From: an uncultured Pelagibacteraceae bacterium
GTDB lineage: Bacteria; Pseudomonadota; Alphaproteobacteria; Pelagibacterales; Pelagibacteraceae
Length of the DNA: 64,000 nucleotides
Direction of reading: 5' to 3'
Assembly (NCBI GenBank): GCA_902533585.1
Contig: CACAMG010000001.1
Coordinates: forward strand, 5,437-69,436
The position numbers and the translations under genes are program-made. Of this stretch, positions 38,812-49,860 are shown one piece after another; the first letter of the stretch is position 1; every line of letters begins with the position of its first letter. Below the pieces are notes generated by a model, which was not told the DNA's origin, searched no databases, and saw nothing but the letters and a program-made list of their open reading frames with translations.

Positions 38812-39134
38812 AAAAATTATCAAAATTTAATTTGTTAATTTTACTTATATTTTTATCATTTGTGTCATTAACATCGTTTTCTAATTCTGATGAAATGTTT
38901 AACAAAGGTAAACAAATATTTTTAAATAATGGAACTTGTGCAACTTGTCATATGTTATCTGACGCACAATCATCTGGAATGATTGGTCCTAATTTAGATG
39001 AAATAAGACCAGATAAAAATAGAGTTGTAATTGCTGTTACAAGAGGTATAGGAGTTATGCCAGCATTTGAAGGAATATTATCAGATGATGAAATTGAAGC
39101 TGTCTCTTATTATGTTTCTGTAGCTGTTGATTAG
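38808..39134 (+). CDS. small periplasmic mono-haem cytochrome c (SorU/c6-like)
   Basis: Signal peptide, CATCH, GPNLD, GVMPAF; ATGA-type overlap with tauE. Confidence 0.85.
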   Translation: MKKLSKFNLLILLIFLSFVSLTSFSNSDEMFNKGKQIFLNNGTCATCHMLSDAQSSGMIGPNLDEIRPDKNRVVIAVTRGIGVMPAFEGILSDDEIEAVSYYVSVAVD

Positions 39135-39138
39135 TTAA

Positions 39139-40305
39139 TTATGCACTTCTAAAAAGTTTAGTCATAATGAATTCTTTATGACCTAATACTTCTGCACATG
39201 TTAAACGACCGTTTGCTGCTCTTACTGTAGCTTTTATTAAAGCATCACCAGCTTGATCCATGTTCATTTTTCTTTTTAGAATATCAGAAACGTCTAGATC
39301 AATATGTTCACTCATATTTGCTGCTGTACTTGGATTACCTGTTAGTTTTACTACCGGTTCAATAGCATTACCGATTATATTTCCTTGTCCAGTTGGAAAT
39401 AAATGAATATTAAAACCAGCTGCAGCTTGTAAAGTTAAACATTCACCTGCAGCAGAAGACGTGTCCATAAAATATAAACCGGGACCTTTTTTAGGTTCCT
39501 CAGCTGGAGTTAACACATCAATAAATTTTCTTGAACCAATTTTTTGGAAATTTCCAAAAGCTTTTTCTTCTATAGTTGTTAAACCACCAGCTATATTGCC
39601 TGCTGTAGGCTGACTTTCTGAAAGGTCGTTAGTTGCTTCTTTAAGTATAAAATCATTATAATCACTCCATGTTTTAGTAAATTTCTTAGAAGCTTCAGGA
39701 GTTGCGCCTCTTAAGGCGCAAACTTTTTCAGCTCCAGTAAGTTCTGAAGTTTCACCGAAACAAAGATGTACACCTAATGGTTCTAATTTATCCATTAAAT
39801 TACCAACAGCAGGGTTTGCTGCCATGCCCGAAGTAGTGTCTGACTCTCCACATTTTACAGAAATCCATAAATCACTCAAAGGACATTCTTCTCTTTGTTT
39901 TTCGGATGCCCATTGAGAAAATTCTTGAGCTTTCTTCGAAGCTTTCATTATTGTTTTAATATCACCGGCACCTTCGATACTAAAACCTTCCACAGGTTTT
40001 CCTGTAGTAGCAATTGCGTCTACAATTCTTTTAGTCCATTTTGGTTCTATACCAATAACAACGCAAGCAGCAACATTTGGATTCTTTCCTGTTCCTATCA
40101 TTGTGTCAAAAAATAATTCTAAATCGGCTCCAAATTGAAGTCTCCCATAAGCGTGTGGTATCGCAAATGTTCCTTTAATATTATTAGCAACAGCTTCTGC
40201 GCATGCATTTGAAATATCGTCAACTGGAAGAATCACAACATGATTTCTAGTACCAACTCTTCCATTTTCTCTTTTATAACCTAAAAAACTTTTTGGAATT
40301 TCCAT
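39139..40305 (-). CDS. suyB: UxaA-family lyase large subunit, probable (R)-sulfolactate sulfo-lyase beta subunit
   Basis: [34 protein letters not shown]; split from a SAF-domain subunit; adjacent to xsc. Confidence 0.7.
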   Translation of the reverse strand: MEIPKSFLGYKRENGRVGTRNHVVILPVDDISNACAEAVANNIKGTFAIPHAYGRLQFGADLELFFDTMIGTGKNPNVAACVVIGIEPKWTKRIVDAIATTGKPVEGFSIEGAGDIKTIMKASKKAQEFSQWASEKQREECPLSDLWISVKCGESDTTSGMAANPAVGNLMDKLEPLGVHLCFGETSELTGAEKVCALRGATPEASKKFTKTWSDYNDFILKEATNDLSESQPTAGNIAGGLTTIEEKAFGNFQKIGSRKFIDVLTPAEEPKKGPGLYFMDTSSAAGECLTLQAAAGFNIHLFPTGQGNIIGNAIEPVVKLTGNPSTAANMSEHIDLDVSDILKRKMNMDQAGDALIKATVRAANGRLTCAEVLGHKEFIMTKLFRSA

Positions 40306-40307
40306 TT

Positions 40308-40595
40308 TTACCACTTTTTTGTTTTAACATTATGAACATGCACATGCTCACCTTTTTTAATTGTTTTGACTACTTTACCAATATCATGACCATATTTAAT
40401 AATAGTATCCCCTTCTTTAAAATCTATCATCGCAATTTTATGCCCTAAAGGTATTTCATTTAAAGATTTAATATTCACTGTTTTGTCATTTTCCATGATC
40501 CAGCAAGAACAATCTTGATTTGGAGTAATTTTTTCAATAACTACAACGCCTACGTTATCTTTTTCGTCATGTATAATAATATCTGTATTTGACAT
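40308..40595 (-). CDS. suyA: SAF-domain small subunit, probable sulfolactate sulfo-lyase alpha subunit
   Basis: [33 protein letters not shown]. Confidence 0.7.
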   Translation of the reverse strand: MSNTDIIIHDEKDNVGVVVIEKITPNQDCSCWIMENDKTVNIKSLNEIPLGHKIAMIDFKEGDTIIKYGHDIGKVVKTIKKGEHVHVHNVKTKKW

Positions 40596-40692
40596 GTGTC
40601 GATTTCTTTGTAGAAAATTTCGTAGAATTTATATATTAATTCTGAGTTTGCAAACAAAAAACTAAAAAAATTTTGAAAGGCATTGAAATTTT

Positions 40693-42474
40693 ATGACCAA
40701 AATGACCACAGAGGAAGCTTTTATCAAAGTACTTCAAATGCATGGCATCGAACATGCTTTTGGAATTATAGGTTCAGCTTTTATGCCAATTTCTGATTTA
40801 TTTCCTAGAGCCGGTATTACATTTTGGGATGTTGCTCATGAAACAAACGGCGGACTTATAGCTGACGGATATACAAGATCTACAGGTAAAATATCTATGG
40901 TTATAGCACAGAATGGTCCAGGAATAACAGGGTTGGTTACACCAATCAAAACAGCTTATTGGAATCATACTCCATTACTTTTAGTCACTCCTCAGGCGGC
41001 AAACAAAACAATGGGTCAAGGTGGTTTTCAAGAAGTAGAACAGATGAATTTATTTAAAGATATGGTTTGTTACCAAGAAGAAGTAAGAGACCCTTCAAGA
41101 ATGGCCGAAGTATTGAATAGAGTAATTGAAAAAGCAATTAGAGGATCTGCGCCAGCACAAATTAATGTCCCTAGAGATTATTGGACACAAGTTATTGATA
41201 TAGAATTACCACCAATAGTTAGATTTGAAAGACAAGGCGGAGGAAAGGATGCGATAGCAAGAGCTGCAAAAATTTTATCGGAAGCAAAATTTCCAGTTAT
41301 TTTATCTGGAGCTGGAGTTGTAATTGGTGACGCTATAAAAGATTGTCAAAAACTTGCTGAAAGACTTGATGCGCCAGTTTGCAATGGTTATCAACATAAT
41401 GATAGTTTTCCTGGAAGTCACCCTCTTGCTGTTGGACCGCTTGGTTACAATGGGTCTAAAGCAGCAATGGAATTAATTTCAAAAGCAGATGTTGTGTTGG
41501 CATTAGGAACAAGATTAAACCCTTTTTCAACTCTACCAGGTTACGGTATAAATTATTGGCCAGCCAAAGCATCAATTATTCAAGTTGATATGAACCCTGA
41601 TAGAATTGGACTGACAAAGAAAGTTACAGTAGGAATATGTGGTGATGCAAAATTAGTTTCGCAACAATTGTTAGAAAAATTATCTTCTAATGCTGGTGAC
41701 AATGGAAGAGAAGAAAGAAAAAATTTAATTCATCAGAAAAAATCTGCATGGTTACAAACATTAACAGGATTAGACCATGAAGATGATGATCCCGGAACTG
41801 TTTGGAATAAAGAAGCTAGAGAAAGAGATAAAGACAGAATGTCACCACGACAAGCTTGGAGAGCTATTCAAGAAGCAATGCCAAGTGATGCAATTATTTC
41901 AAGCGATATTGGAAACAATTGTGCGATTGGTAATGCCTACCCAACATTTGAAAAAGGAAGAAAATATTTAGCACCAGGATTATTTGGTCCTTGTGGTTAT
42001 GGGTTTCCATCAATATTAGGTGCAAAAATTGGTTGCCCAGATGTACCTGTTATAGGTTTTGCAGGCGATGGTGCTTTTGGAATCAGCATGAATGAAATGA
42101 GCTCGTGTGCAAGAAAAGAATGGCCAGCAATAACAATGGTGATATTTCGAAATTATCAATGGGGTGCGGAAAAAAGAAATTCTATACTTTGGTTTGATGA
42201 TAATTTTGTGGGCACAGAATTAGATCCAGAACTAAGTTATGCTAAAGTAGCAGAGGCCTGTGGATTAAAAGGAATATCTGTAAAAACAATGGAAGAAACA
42301 ACTAAAGCAATTAAACAATCATGCGAAGACCAAAAAAAAGGAATTACCACATTTGTTGAAGTAATTTTAAATCAAGAACTTGGCGAACCATTTAGAAGAG
42401 ATGCTATGAAAAAGCCTGTAAAAGTAGCAGGAATAGATAAAAAAGATATGAGGCTACAAAAGCCTTTATCCTAA
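40693..42474 (+). CDS. xsc: sulfoacetaldehyde acetyltransferase (ThDP-dependent)
   Basis: MTTEEAFIKVLQMHGIEHAFGIIGSA, AQNGPG, GDGAFG, RNYQWGAEKRN, LGEPFRRDAM. Confidence 0.93.
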   Translation: MTKMTTEEAFIKVLQMHGIEHAFGIIGSAFMPISDLFPRAGITFWDVAHETNGGLIADGYTRSTGKISMVIAQNGPGITGLVTPIKTAYWNHTPLLLVTPQAANKTMGQGGFQEVEQMNLFKDMVCYQEEVRDPSRMAEVLNRVIEKAIRGSAPAQINVPRDYWTQVIDIELPPIVRFERQGGGKDAIARAAKILSEAKFPVILSGAGVVIGDAIKDCQKLAERLDAPVCNGYQHNDSFPGSHPLAVGPLGYNGSKAAMELISKADVVLALGTRLNPFSTLPGYGINYWPAKASIIQVDMNPDRIGLTKKVTVGICGDAKLVSQQLLEKLSSNAGDNGREERKNLIHQKKSAWLQTLTGLDHEDDDPGTVWNKEARERDKDRMSPRQAWRAIQEAMPSDAIISSDIGNNCAIGNAYPTFEKGRKYLAPGLFGPCGYGFPSILGAKIGCPDVPVIGFAGDGAFGISMNEMSSCARKEWPAITMVIFRNYQWGAEKRNSILWFDDNFVGTELDPELSYAKVAEACGLKGISVKTMEETTKAIKQSCEDQKKGITTFVEVILNQELGEPFRRDAMKKPVKVAGIDKKDMRLQKPLS

Positions 42475-42513
42475 TTTTACATATATTAGGACTAATAAAA
42501 AACCCAGTTTATT

Positions 42514-43212
42514 ATGAAAGAAAAAAAAGTTCTGAATTATATTGGATGGGAATTAAAGCTTTTTGATAATGCAAAAAATTTTAGAGATTATCAATTTTTT
42601 TTTATAAAAAAATTCATAAAAAATAAAGTATGTGAGGTAGGGCCAGGGAACGGCGTTGTTTGTGAAAAATACAAAAATATTTGTAATGATATTTCTCTTT
42701 ATGAGCCAACAAAAAATCTTTATTTAAAACTTAAGAAAAAATTCAAAAAATACAAAAAAATTAGAATATTTAATAAATATTTTAAATATTCAAAAAAAAA
42801 ATTTGATACAATTTTATATTTAGATGTTCTTGAACATATAAGTAAACCAAAAAAAGAATTAAAAAAAGCAATAAGCAATTTAAACAAAGGCGGAAGATTA
42901 ATTGTAAGTGTTCCAGCTTTTCAACATCTATATTCGCAGTTTGATGAAGATGTAGGACATTATAAAAGATATACGATTAATATATTTTTAGAAGAAATAA
43001 AAAATATAAAATATAGGTCTATCAAATATTACTATATTGACTCAGTAGGATACTTTGTATCTTTATTTTCAAAACTATTTAGCAAAAACTATAAATCAAA
43101 CTTTAAAACTAAAATTTATATATGGAATATGTTAGTAAAAGTTTCTATTATTTTTGACAAAATTTTTATGTATAATTTAGGGAAATCATTAATCATCATT
43201 GTAGAAAAATAA
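42514..43212 (+). CDS. class I SAM-dependent methyltransferase
   Basis: EVGPGNG, DVLEHI, VPA..LYS.FD..VGHYKRY. Confidence 0.8.
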   Translation: MKEKKVLNYIGWELKLFDNAKNFRDYQFFFIKKFIKNKVCEVGPGNGVVCEKYKNICNDISLYEPTKNLYLKLKKKFKKYKKIRIFNKYFKYSKKKFDTILYLDVLEHISKPKKELKKAISNLNKGGRLIVSVPAFQHLYSQFDEDVGHYKRYTINIFLEEIKNIKYRSIKYYYIDSVGYFVSLFSKLFSKNYKSNFKTKIYIWNMLVKVSIIFDKIFMYNLGKSLIIIVEK

Positions 43213-43219
43213 ATAGATT

Positions 43220-44845
43220 TTATTTTTTTACTTTTCTTAAAGTTGACAACATCAAACCTAAACGTTCAACTGTTACCAAGTCTTCACCTGGATATTTTGT
43301 TGTACAATTTATTTTACGTTTATCAATATACTTTTTATCATCAATGATCTCATAATGAAGATGTTGATCCAATGTTCTATTTGTCATAATAATGTAGTCT
43401 GCAATATGGGGATATTTAAACGTATTGTAGTTTCCTAAAATTACTGGCCAATAATATCCATGAGTTAAAGTTGTTCCATTGCACATTGCTATCTTCATTG
43501 TTTTACTTTTTTTATAACCGTATTTATCCCTAATTTTTTTTAATAGTTCTTTGTAAGATGTAGCCATGTAATCGTACTCGAATTTATCTTTAGAATTTGC
43601 GTAAATAGGGCTATTAAAATAATTAACATAAGATTGTTGATAGGGAGTTAATAATAAAAACCTATAGAAGAATATAAAAAATAAAAAAATTAATGACCAA
43701 TTAAAAATTTTTACAGTTATCCCAAAAAAGTTATAGTTATTTAAAATATAATATAATCCCAAAGCGCATATTGTTGAAATAATAGGCAATGTGAATAAAA
43801 TTAGTCTAAAGTTATCATATAGATTGGCGCTCAATATTATTGAAAGAAAAATTGGAAAAATAATTAAAGCAATTAAATGATAAAAATAATTTGAAAAATC
43901 TTTATTTAAATTTTCTTTAAAATATTCTCTTTTACTAATACTCAAGTAAATTCCAGTGATTAATAATGCAATGATAAAAACAGGTATTCTATTTATAAAG
44001 TTTGTTATAAAATAATACTTTGGAGTATTATTTATTTCATAAAAATTTCCATTAAGAATTCCATAAAGTTTACTAATATCCCAATTTGAAGATAATTTTA
44101 AAGTTTCAAATACTATTTTGTAATTTCCATCTAAAAAATGTGGCCAACAAGATATTGTGATAAAAAACACAATTAAAGTTAGAATAAATAAATCAATAAA
44201 AATTAATTTTATATTTTTAGTTTTATTCCATACAAATAGAATTGCTGTAAAAAAAATTGGTAGTAAAATTGACGCAAAAGTTAATCTAATTGATGTTCCA
44301 AACCCTATAAAGAATGATAAGTATATTAGATTTTTTAATCTGTTAGAATTTACGCTGTCCAAATATAACAATAAAAAATATATCGACCAAATAAAAGCAA
44401 AGAAAATTACAGGGTCTTTTGGATTTATGCCCATGTTTCCAAAAAAGAACGGGTTTAATAATGTTATAGCACAAGAAATTATTGAAATTTCTTTGTTAAA
44501 AATTTTTTTATTAACAAAATACATGCCCAAAATACTTAATGCTGAAAATGTGTAGGTTAAAAAATGTTTTATCTCTACAAGGTATTTTTCACCTATTATT
44601 GAGCTTATTATTTTATAAAAAACAAAATTTACAGTGTCATTAAATCCAGGATAATAATCTAAAGCGTAAATTTTTTTATATTTATCGAAGTCACCAAAGT
44701 TCTTTAAATATAAATATCTTACCTGTCCACTTATGTGATGAAAGTTTTCATCCATAGATAAACCGTTATTTATTGAGCAGTAAAAACTAAACAACAATAA
44801 TACATATGTAATATAAAGAAAAAATTTAAAATATGATTTTTCCAT
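43220..44845 (-). CDS. GT-C fold membrane glycosyltransferase (ArnT/PMT, GT39/GT83-like)
   Basis: DE motif after the first TM (SMDENFH), NPKD, LYDNFR; many TM helices plus a C-terminal soluble domain. Confidence 0.65.
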   Translation of the reverse strand: MEKSYFKFFLYITYVLLLFSFYCSINNGLSMDENFHHISGQVRYLYLKNFGDFDKYKKIYALDYYPGFNDTVNFVFYKIISSIIGEKYLVEIKHFLTYTFSALSILGMYFVNKKIFNKEISIISCAITLLNPFFFGNMGINPKDPVIFFAFIWSIYFLLLYLDSVNSNRLKNLIYLSFFIGFGTSIRLTFASILLPIFFTAILFVWNKTKNIKLIFIDLFILTLIVFFITISCWPHFLDGNYKIVFETLKLSSNWDISKLYGILNGNFYEINNTPKYYFITNFINRIPVFIIALLITGIYLSISKREYFKENLNKDFSNYFYHLIALIIFPIFLSIILSANLYDNFRLILFTLPIISTICALGLYYILNNYNFFGITVKIFNWSLIFLFFIFFYRFLLLTPYQQSYVNYFNSPIYANSKDKFEYDYMATSYKELLKKIRDKYGYKKSKTMKIAMCNGTTLTHGYYWPVILGNYNTFKYPHIADYIIMTNRTLDQHLHYEIIDDKKYIDKRKINCTTKYPGEDLVTVERLGLMLSTLRKVKK

Positions 44846-44847
44846 AA

Positions 44848-45999
44848 TTAAAGAATAACTAAATCAAGTTTATGTTTGCCCAATCTTTCATTTCCATTTT
44901 TTGTAACAAGGTAGGTTTCTCCCAAATTCATAGCTAATTGATTTTCAGAGTCCATTAAAATCATATGCATAAAAAAAATATTACCAGGTTCTATTTTATA
45001 TGGATTACCATTATATATCATAGGAACATCCATCCAATTTGGTGAAAAAGTCGAGCCCAAAGAATAACCGCATGCATTCATTCTTGAATTTTTAAATCCT
45101 AGAGAATCAAAAGTTTTTGCATGAACATCAAAAACATCACCAATTTGGTTACCTGGTTTCAATTTATTTTGACATGCATTTAATGTTTCTATACATGCTT
45201 CGTGCATTTTATAATGTTTTGGATTTGCTTTACCTATTGGTATAGTTCTAAATAAAGCTGAATGATAATGCCTATATGTTCCAGCCCATTCGATAGTCAG
45301 TTGATCCGGATTATTTAAAATTTGCTTTTCTGCTTGATAACGACAGAGAAGAGCATTTTTACCTGAGCCAATTATAAATTCATTTGCAGGATAATCTCCA
45401 CCTCCTTCAAATATAACTCTATTCATCTCTGCTAAAATTTTAGACTCACTAACACCTGCTTTTGCATGTTTCCAAACTTCATCCAAAGCTTTATCAGCAA
45501 GTTCAGCAGCTTTTTTTACGTAAACAATTTCTTCTTTTGATTTAACTACTCTTAATTTTGTAATTAAGTCTGACTTGTCTTCAATTGAACAATAGTTCTC
45601 TAAAGATTTATTAAGTCTTAAAGCGTTTCGTCCTGTTAATCCGTAAGCTTCATACTCAACACCTAATTTTTTACCTTTAAGGTTTAGTTCATTTAAAATC
45701 ACTCTAAGATCATCAGTTGGATTAGACCCATCTTTATCAACCCAGATTCTTATATCTTTAATATTAGATGTATTTTGTGCTTGTCTTAAATCTGGCACTC
45801 TAGTTAACAAGACAATATTTCCTTTTTGATCTAAAATTAAAGATTGAAAAAAAACAAAACCAAAAGTGTCGTAACCAGTTAACCAATACATCGATTCTTG
45901 TCTAAACATAAGAAGAGCATCAATGTTTTGCTCTTTCATAGATTTTAAAACTTTTGATTTTCTTGAAGTAAATTCTTCTTTGGAAAAATGAAGGCCCAT
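44848..45999 (-). CDS. M24/creatinase-fold hydrolase (ectoine hydrolase DoeA/EutD-like)
   Basis: Creatinase N-domain (MYWLTGYD), LRVVKS.EE; canonical metal ligands replaced (IEWAG..YHSALFRT, ACGYSLG). Confidence 0.7.
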   Translation of the reverse strand: MGLHFSKEEFTSRKSKVLKSMKEQNIDALLMFRQESMYWLTGYDTFGFVFFQSLILDQKGNIVLLTRVPDLRQAQNTSNIKDIRIWVDKDGSNPTDDLRVILNELNLKGKKLGVEYEAYGLTGRNALRLNKSLENYCSIEDKSDLITKLRVVKSKEEIVYVKKAAELADKALDEVWKHAKAGVSESKILAEMNRVIFEGGGDYPANEFIIGSGKNALLCRYQAEKQILNNPDQLTIEWAGTYRHYHSALFRTIPIGKANPKHYKMHEACIETLNACQNKLKPGNQIGDVFDVHAKTFDSLGFKNSRMNACGYSLGSTFSPNWMDVPMIYNGNPYKIEPGNIFFMHMILMDSENQLAMNLGETYLVTKNGNERLGKHKLDLVIL

Positions 46000-46805
46000 T
46001 AATTAATATCTAATACAGTTGCTGGATCTAATCTAGTCCCAAACCAGTTCAATCTTACGTCTAAATGTGGACCTGTAGATCTACCACTTGAACCGACTGT
46101 TCCAATTATATCTCCTTGTTTTACAATATCATCTTTCTCAACAAATATTTTATCCATATGCATATACAATGTTGAAATTCCGTGACCATGATCAAAAATT
46201 AAAGTTGCTCCAGTAAAATATAAATCTTTTTCTACCAATGTTGCAATACCGTCAGCCATTGCTTTTATAGGAGTTCCAAGATCTCCTGCAAAATCTATAC
46301 CGTAATGAGGCCAGCGTGGCTTACCATTTAATATTCTTTGACTTCCATAAACACCAGTGATTATTGCATTTTCTAAAGGTAAGATAAATTTATTTTTAAA
46401 AAAATCTAAATCTGAATTGATCTCACGTGCTTTAGCTATAAGTTTATTTTCTTTCTTAATTCTCTCATAAACCTCTTCAGGTGGAGTAACTTTTTTTTCT
46501 TCAAGGCCATCAATTCTTTGAATATTGTATTTTCTTTTTTGAACTCTCTTAACTATTTTTTGAGTATTTCCATCAGTATTTATTTTAATAATTACATCGT
46601 ATTTTCTGTCTCTATCTATGCCAAACGCAAAAAATCCATCTTTGGAAACTTTAACTTTTTTTTTATCAATAATTACTTTTGAGCTTGGATTAGTTTTTCC
46701 AATTATAAAATGTCCTTGAATAAATTTTCCATTAAATTCAGCTGCATTTGCTTTAATTATTAAAAAAAATATTATTATTGAAAGCTTAATTATCTTGCTG
46801 TCCAT
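45999..46805 (-). CDS. M23 family peptidase
   Basis: Signal peptide, HYGIDF, HGHG..TLYMH, GRSTGPHL. Confidence 0.9.
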   Translation of the reverse strand: MDSKIIKLSIIIFFLIIKANAAEFNGKFIQGHFIIGKTNPSSKVIIDKKKVKVSKDGFFAFGIDRDRKYDVIIKINTDGNTQKIVKRVQKRKYNIQRIDGLEEKKVTPPEEVYERIKKENKLIAKAREINSDLDFFKNKFILPLENAIITGVYGSQRILNGKPRWPHYGIDFAGDLGTPIKAMADGIATLVEKDLYFTGATLIFDHGHGISTLYMHMDKIFVEKDDIVKQGDIIGTVGSSGRSTGPHLDVRLNWFGTRLDPATVLDIN

Positions 46806-47557
46806 CCACCATCTACTAGTAATGAAGTTCCAGTTATCATAGAAGCAGCATCAGAAGCTAAAAATACAACAGCAGAAGAAACTTCTGACATTTCAGCAAA
46901 TCTACCAAGGGGTATACTACTTAGCATGTCTTTTTTAAATTTTTTATCTCTAAGAAATTTTTTTGTCATTGGAGTTACAACAAAAGTAGGACAAACAGTA
47001 TTCACTCTAATATTGTATTTTGCAAGATCAAGAGCCATTCCTTTGGTTAAACCTTCTAAACCAAATTTTGTCATACTGTAAACGCTTCTTTTGGGTCCAC
47101 TCACGTGACCCATTTGAGAAGACATGTTAACAATTGATCCGCCTGTTTTTTTTCTGTTTTTTGATTTTAACATCTTTAATGAGCATAGTTGTGCGAGATT
47201 AAAACAAGCAATTGTATTAATTTTGACTAGATACTCCATATTTTCTCTTTTAACTTTTTCAAAATATTCTGGGATGTTTGTGCCAGCATTATTAACCAAA
47301 ATATCTATTTTTGGTTGGCTATTAATGATTTGTTTAATTTCATTATAATTAGTTATGTCACACACGTAAGATTTGCATTTAACTTTAAGTCTTTTAGCTA
47401 TTTTTGAAACTTGAACTAAATCTTTTTTAGTTCGGCTAATTATTATTAGATTAGAACCTGCTTCTGCTAGTGCGATAGCACATGCTTTTCCAAGCCCTTT
47501 CCCAGCTCCTGTGACTAATGCTATTTTGTTTTTTAAATTATATTTGTTTAAATACAT
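46790..47557 (-). CDS. SDR oxidoreductase, HpsO (DHPS dehydrogenase)-like
   Basis: TGAGKGLG, NNAG, SSQMGHV, YSMTK, VCPTF, VDGGWTA. Confidence 0.7.
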   Translation of the reverse strand: MYLNKYNLKNKIALVTGAGKGLGKACAIALAEAGSNLIIISRTKKDLVQVSKIAKRLKVKCKSYVCDITNYNEIKQIINSQPKIDILVNNAGTNIPEYFEKVKRENMEYLVKINTIACFNLAQLCSLKMLKSKNRKKTGGSIVNMSSQMGHVSGPKRSVYSMTKFGLEGLTKGMALDLAKYNIRVNTVCPTFVVTPMTKKFLRDKKFKKDMLSSIPLGRFAEMSEVSSAVVFLASDAASMITGTSLLVDGGWTAR

Positions 47558-47558
47558 T

Positions 47559-48134
47559 TTATATAAATATCTTTATATCAGTATAAATCAACTCTATAGC
47601 AACAAATAAAATTGCTAACAATCCAGCCCAGGCAATCCATCTATATTTTTTTATCCAACCAGAAATTAGAGTTGCTGCTGTAGCCATTAAAGCGATAGAA
47701 AGCACTAATCCAAAAATTAATAATGCATAATGATCTCTTGCAGCTCCCGCTACTCCAAGAACATTATCTAAACTCATTGTTACATCTGCAATTATTACTG
47801 TAGTGATGGCTTTTAAAAATGTTGAATTTTCTACTTTTATATTTTTTTTGTCTTCTTTATTAGGTCTAACAACATCGACATATAATTTATAACAAATATA
47901 AAGTAACAATATTCCTCCAATTAATCTTAGTCCTGTTATTTGAAGTAAATATGCGGTGATTAAGGTAAAAATAATTCTAAGAATTACCGCAGCCGCTATA
48001 CCCCAAAAAATAATTTTTTTTCTTTGGTCAACTGGAAACTGTGAAGCAACCATTCCAATTATTATGGCATTATCACCAGCTAAAACCAAATCGATAAATA
48101 CAATTTGAAAAAAAATTATTACTTCTTCTGTCAT
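47559..48134 (-). CDS. TerC/YjbE family membrane protein
   Basis: [27 protein letters not shown]. Confidence 0.9.
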   Translation of the reverse strand: MTEEVIIFFQIVFIDLVLAGDNAIIIGMVASQFPVDQRKKIIFWGIAAAVILRIIFTLITAYLLQITGLRLIGGILLLYICYKLYVDVVRPNKEDKKNIKVENSTFLKAITTVIIADVTMSLDNVLGVAGAARDHYALLIFGLVLSIALMATAATLISGWIKKYRWIAWAGLLAILFVAIELIYTDIKIFI

Positions 48135-49732
48135 AATTTATTATCTTCTATTATCATGTCTGCTGCTTTTTCAGCAATCATAATAGTCGGCGCATTAGTG
48201 TTTCCCGAAGTTATATGAGGCATGATTGATGCGTCAACAATTCTTAAATTTTCTAATCCACGAACCTTTAATCTATCGTTAACCACAGCAGTTTCATCAT
48301 TTCCCATTTTACAAGTTCCAACTGGGTGAAAAACTGTATTTGCATATTTTCCCACTTCAACTAAAATTTCTTCATCACTTAAATTTATTCCGGGTCTCAT
48401 TTCTTCAGGCTCGTATAGTTTAAAGGCTTTCGACTCAAGAACAATTTTTCTTGTAATTTTTATTGATTTAACAGCAACCTTTTTATCTTCTTCAGAAGAT
48501 AAATAATTCATAAATATTTTTGGATCTTCTCTTGTGTCAGAACTGCTTAATTCAATATGACCTCTACTTGTTGGTCTTATATTTGTAACAGTCGGAGTAA
48601 AAGCAGGAAAATTATGTAGAGCGCCTCCTCCTAGTTTATCGGTACTCATTGGTGCAACGTGATATTGTAGGTTTGGTGTAGCAAGATTATTATCACTTTT
48701 AGTAAAACCACACAATTGACTAGCTCCCATTGTTAAAGGTCCTCTTCTAAAAAATATAAAATTAAGTCCAGCTACCATTTTTTCAAAATAACTATGGTAA
48801 AGTTTATTTAATGTATAAATATTTTTTACTTTATAAACTGGTCTCAGCATAAGATGATCATGCAAATTTTTTCCAACAAAAGGATTATCTTTTACTATAT
48901 TAATATTATGTTTATTAAGTAGTTTTCCTGGCCCAATACCAGATGCTTGTAGAATATGTGGCGATCCAATTGAACCAGCAGACAAAATAATCTCTATGTC
49001 AGCAGAACTTTTTTTTAAAGTATTTTTTACCCAGTAATTTACTGCTACAGCTTTATTATTTTTAAATTCTATATTTTTTACATGTCCTTTGGTTATTATT
49101 TTTAAATTTTTTCTTTTTTTAACTGGATTTAAATACCCTACAGCAGCACTACATCTTAAACCGTTTTTTTCTGTAACTTGAAAATAACCACACCCTTCAG
49201 TAACTCCTGTATTAAAATCATTAGTTTTTGGTATACCATGCTCTTCGGCTGCATCCATAAATGTGTCTAATAATTTTAATTTTATTCTTTGATCAGAAAC
49301 CGACAAAGGCCCGTTAATTCCGTGAAATTCACTTTCACCTCTTTCTTGATTTTCACATTTTTTAAAATATGGCAAAACATCATTCCAGCTCCATCCAACA
49401 TTTCCTAATTGTCTCCAATAATCATAATCATTTGATTGTCCTCTAATATATAAAAGACCGTTGATTGACGAACTTCCCCCAAGTGTTTTACCTCTTGGAT
49501 AATTCATTTCTCTTCCATCAAGTCCTGGATCACTTTGAATTTTAAAACACCAATCGGTCATTGGATTGTGCATTGTTTTAAAATAACCTACCGGAATATG
49601 TATCCATGGGTATAGATCCCTTCCTCCAGCTTCTATTAGTAAAACTTTATTTTTTGGGTTTTCAGTTAGTCTGTTAGCTAAAACGCAGCCTGCTGATCCA
49701 GCTCCAATGATAATGTAATTGAAATTTTCCAT
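48131..49732 (-). CDS. GMC family FAD oxidoreductase (choline dehydrogenase/IseJ-like)
   Basis: [43 protein letters not shown]. Confidence 0.9.
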   Translation of the reverse strand: MENFNYIIIGAGSAGCVLANRLTENPKNKVLLIEAGGRDLYPWIHIPVGYFKTMHNPMTDWCFKIQSDPGLDGREMNYPRGKTLGGSSSINGLLYIRGQSNDYDYWRQLGNVGWSWNDVLPYFKKCENQERGESEFHGINGPLSVSDQRIKLKLLDTFMDAAEEHGIPKTNDFNTGVTEGCGYFQVTEKNGLRCSAAVGYLNPVKKRKNLKIITKGHVKNIEFKNNKAVAVNYWVKNTLKKSSADIEIILSAGSIGSPHILQASGIGPGKLLNKHNINIVKDNPFVGKNLHDHLMLRPVYKVKNIYTLNKLYHSYFEKMVAGLNFIFFRRGPLTMGASQLCGFTKSDNNLATPNLQYHVAPMSTDKLGGGALHNFPAFTPTVTNIRPTSRGHIELSSSDTREDPKIFMNYLSSEEDKKVAVKSIKITRKIVLESKAFKLYEPEEMRPGINLSDEEILVEVGKYANTVFHPVGTCKMGNDETAVVNDRLKVRGLENLRIVDASIMPHITSGNTNAPTIMIAEKAADMIIEDNKL

Positions 49733-49860
49733 ATTAAGAAAGTAGCATTATATGCATTATTATAGTTATTTACATTGTTAAAAAGCTGATTTTTAACTTG
49801 TTTCAAGTAGCAGAATTTGATTGGATTGGCGAATTATAAATTTAACAAAGAGGGAAAATA

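Noticed and set aside
40624-40654. Short palindromes (AGAATT-N8-AATTCT and GTTTGCAAAC) between suyA and xsc as candidate operators
   Set aside because: Too short and AT-rich to distinguish from chance without comparative data
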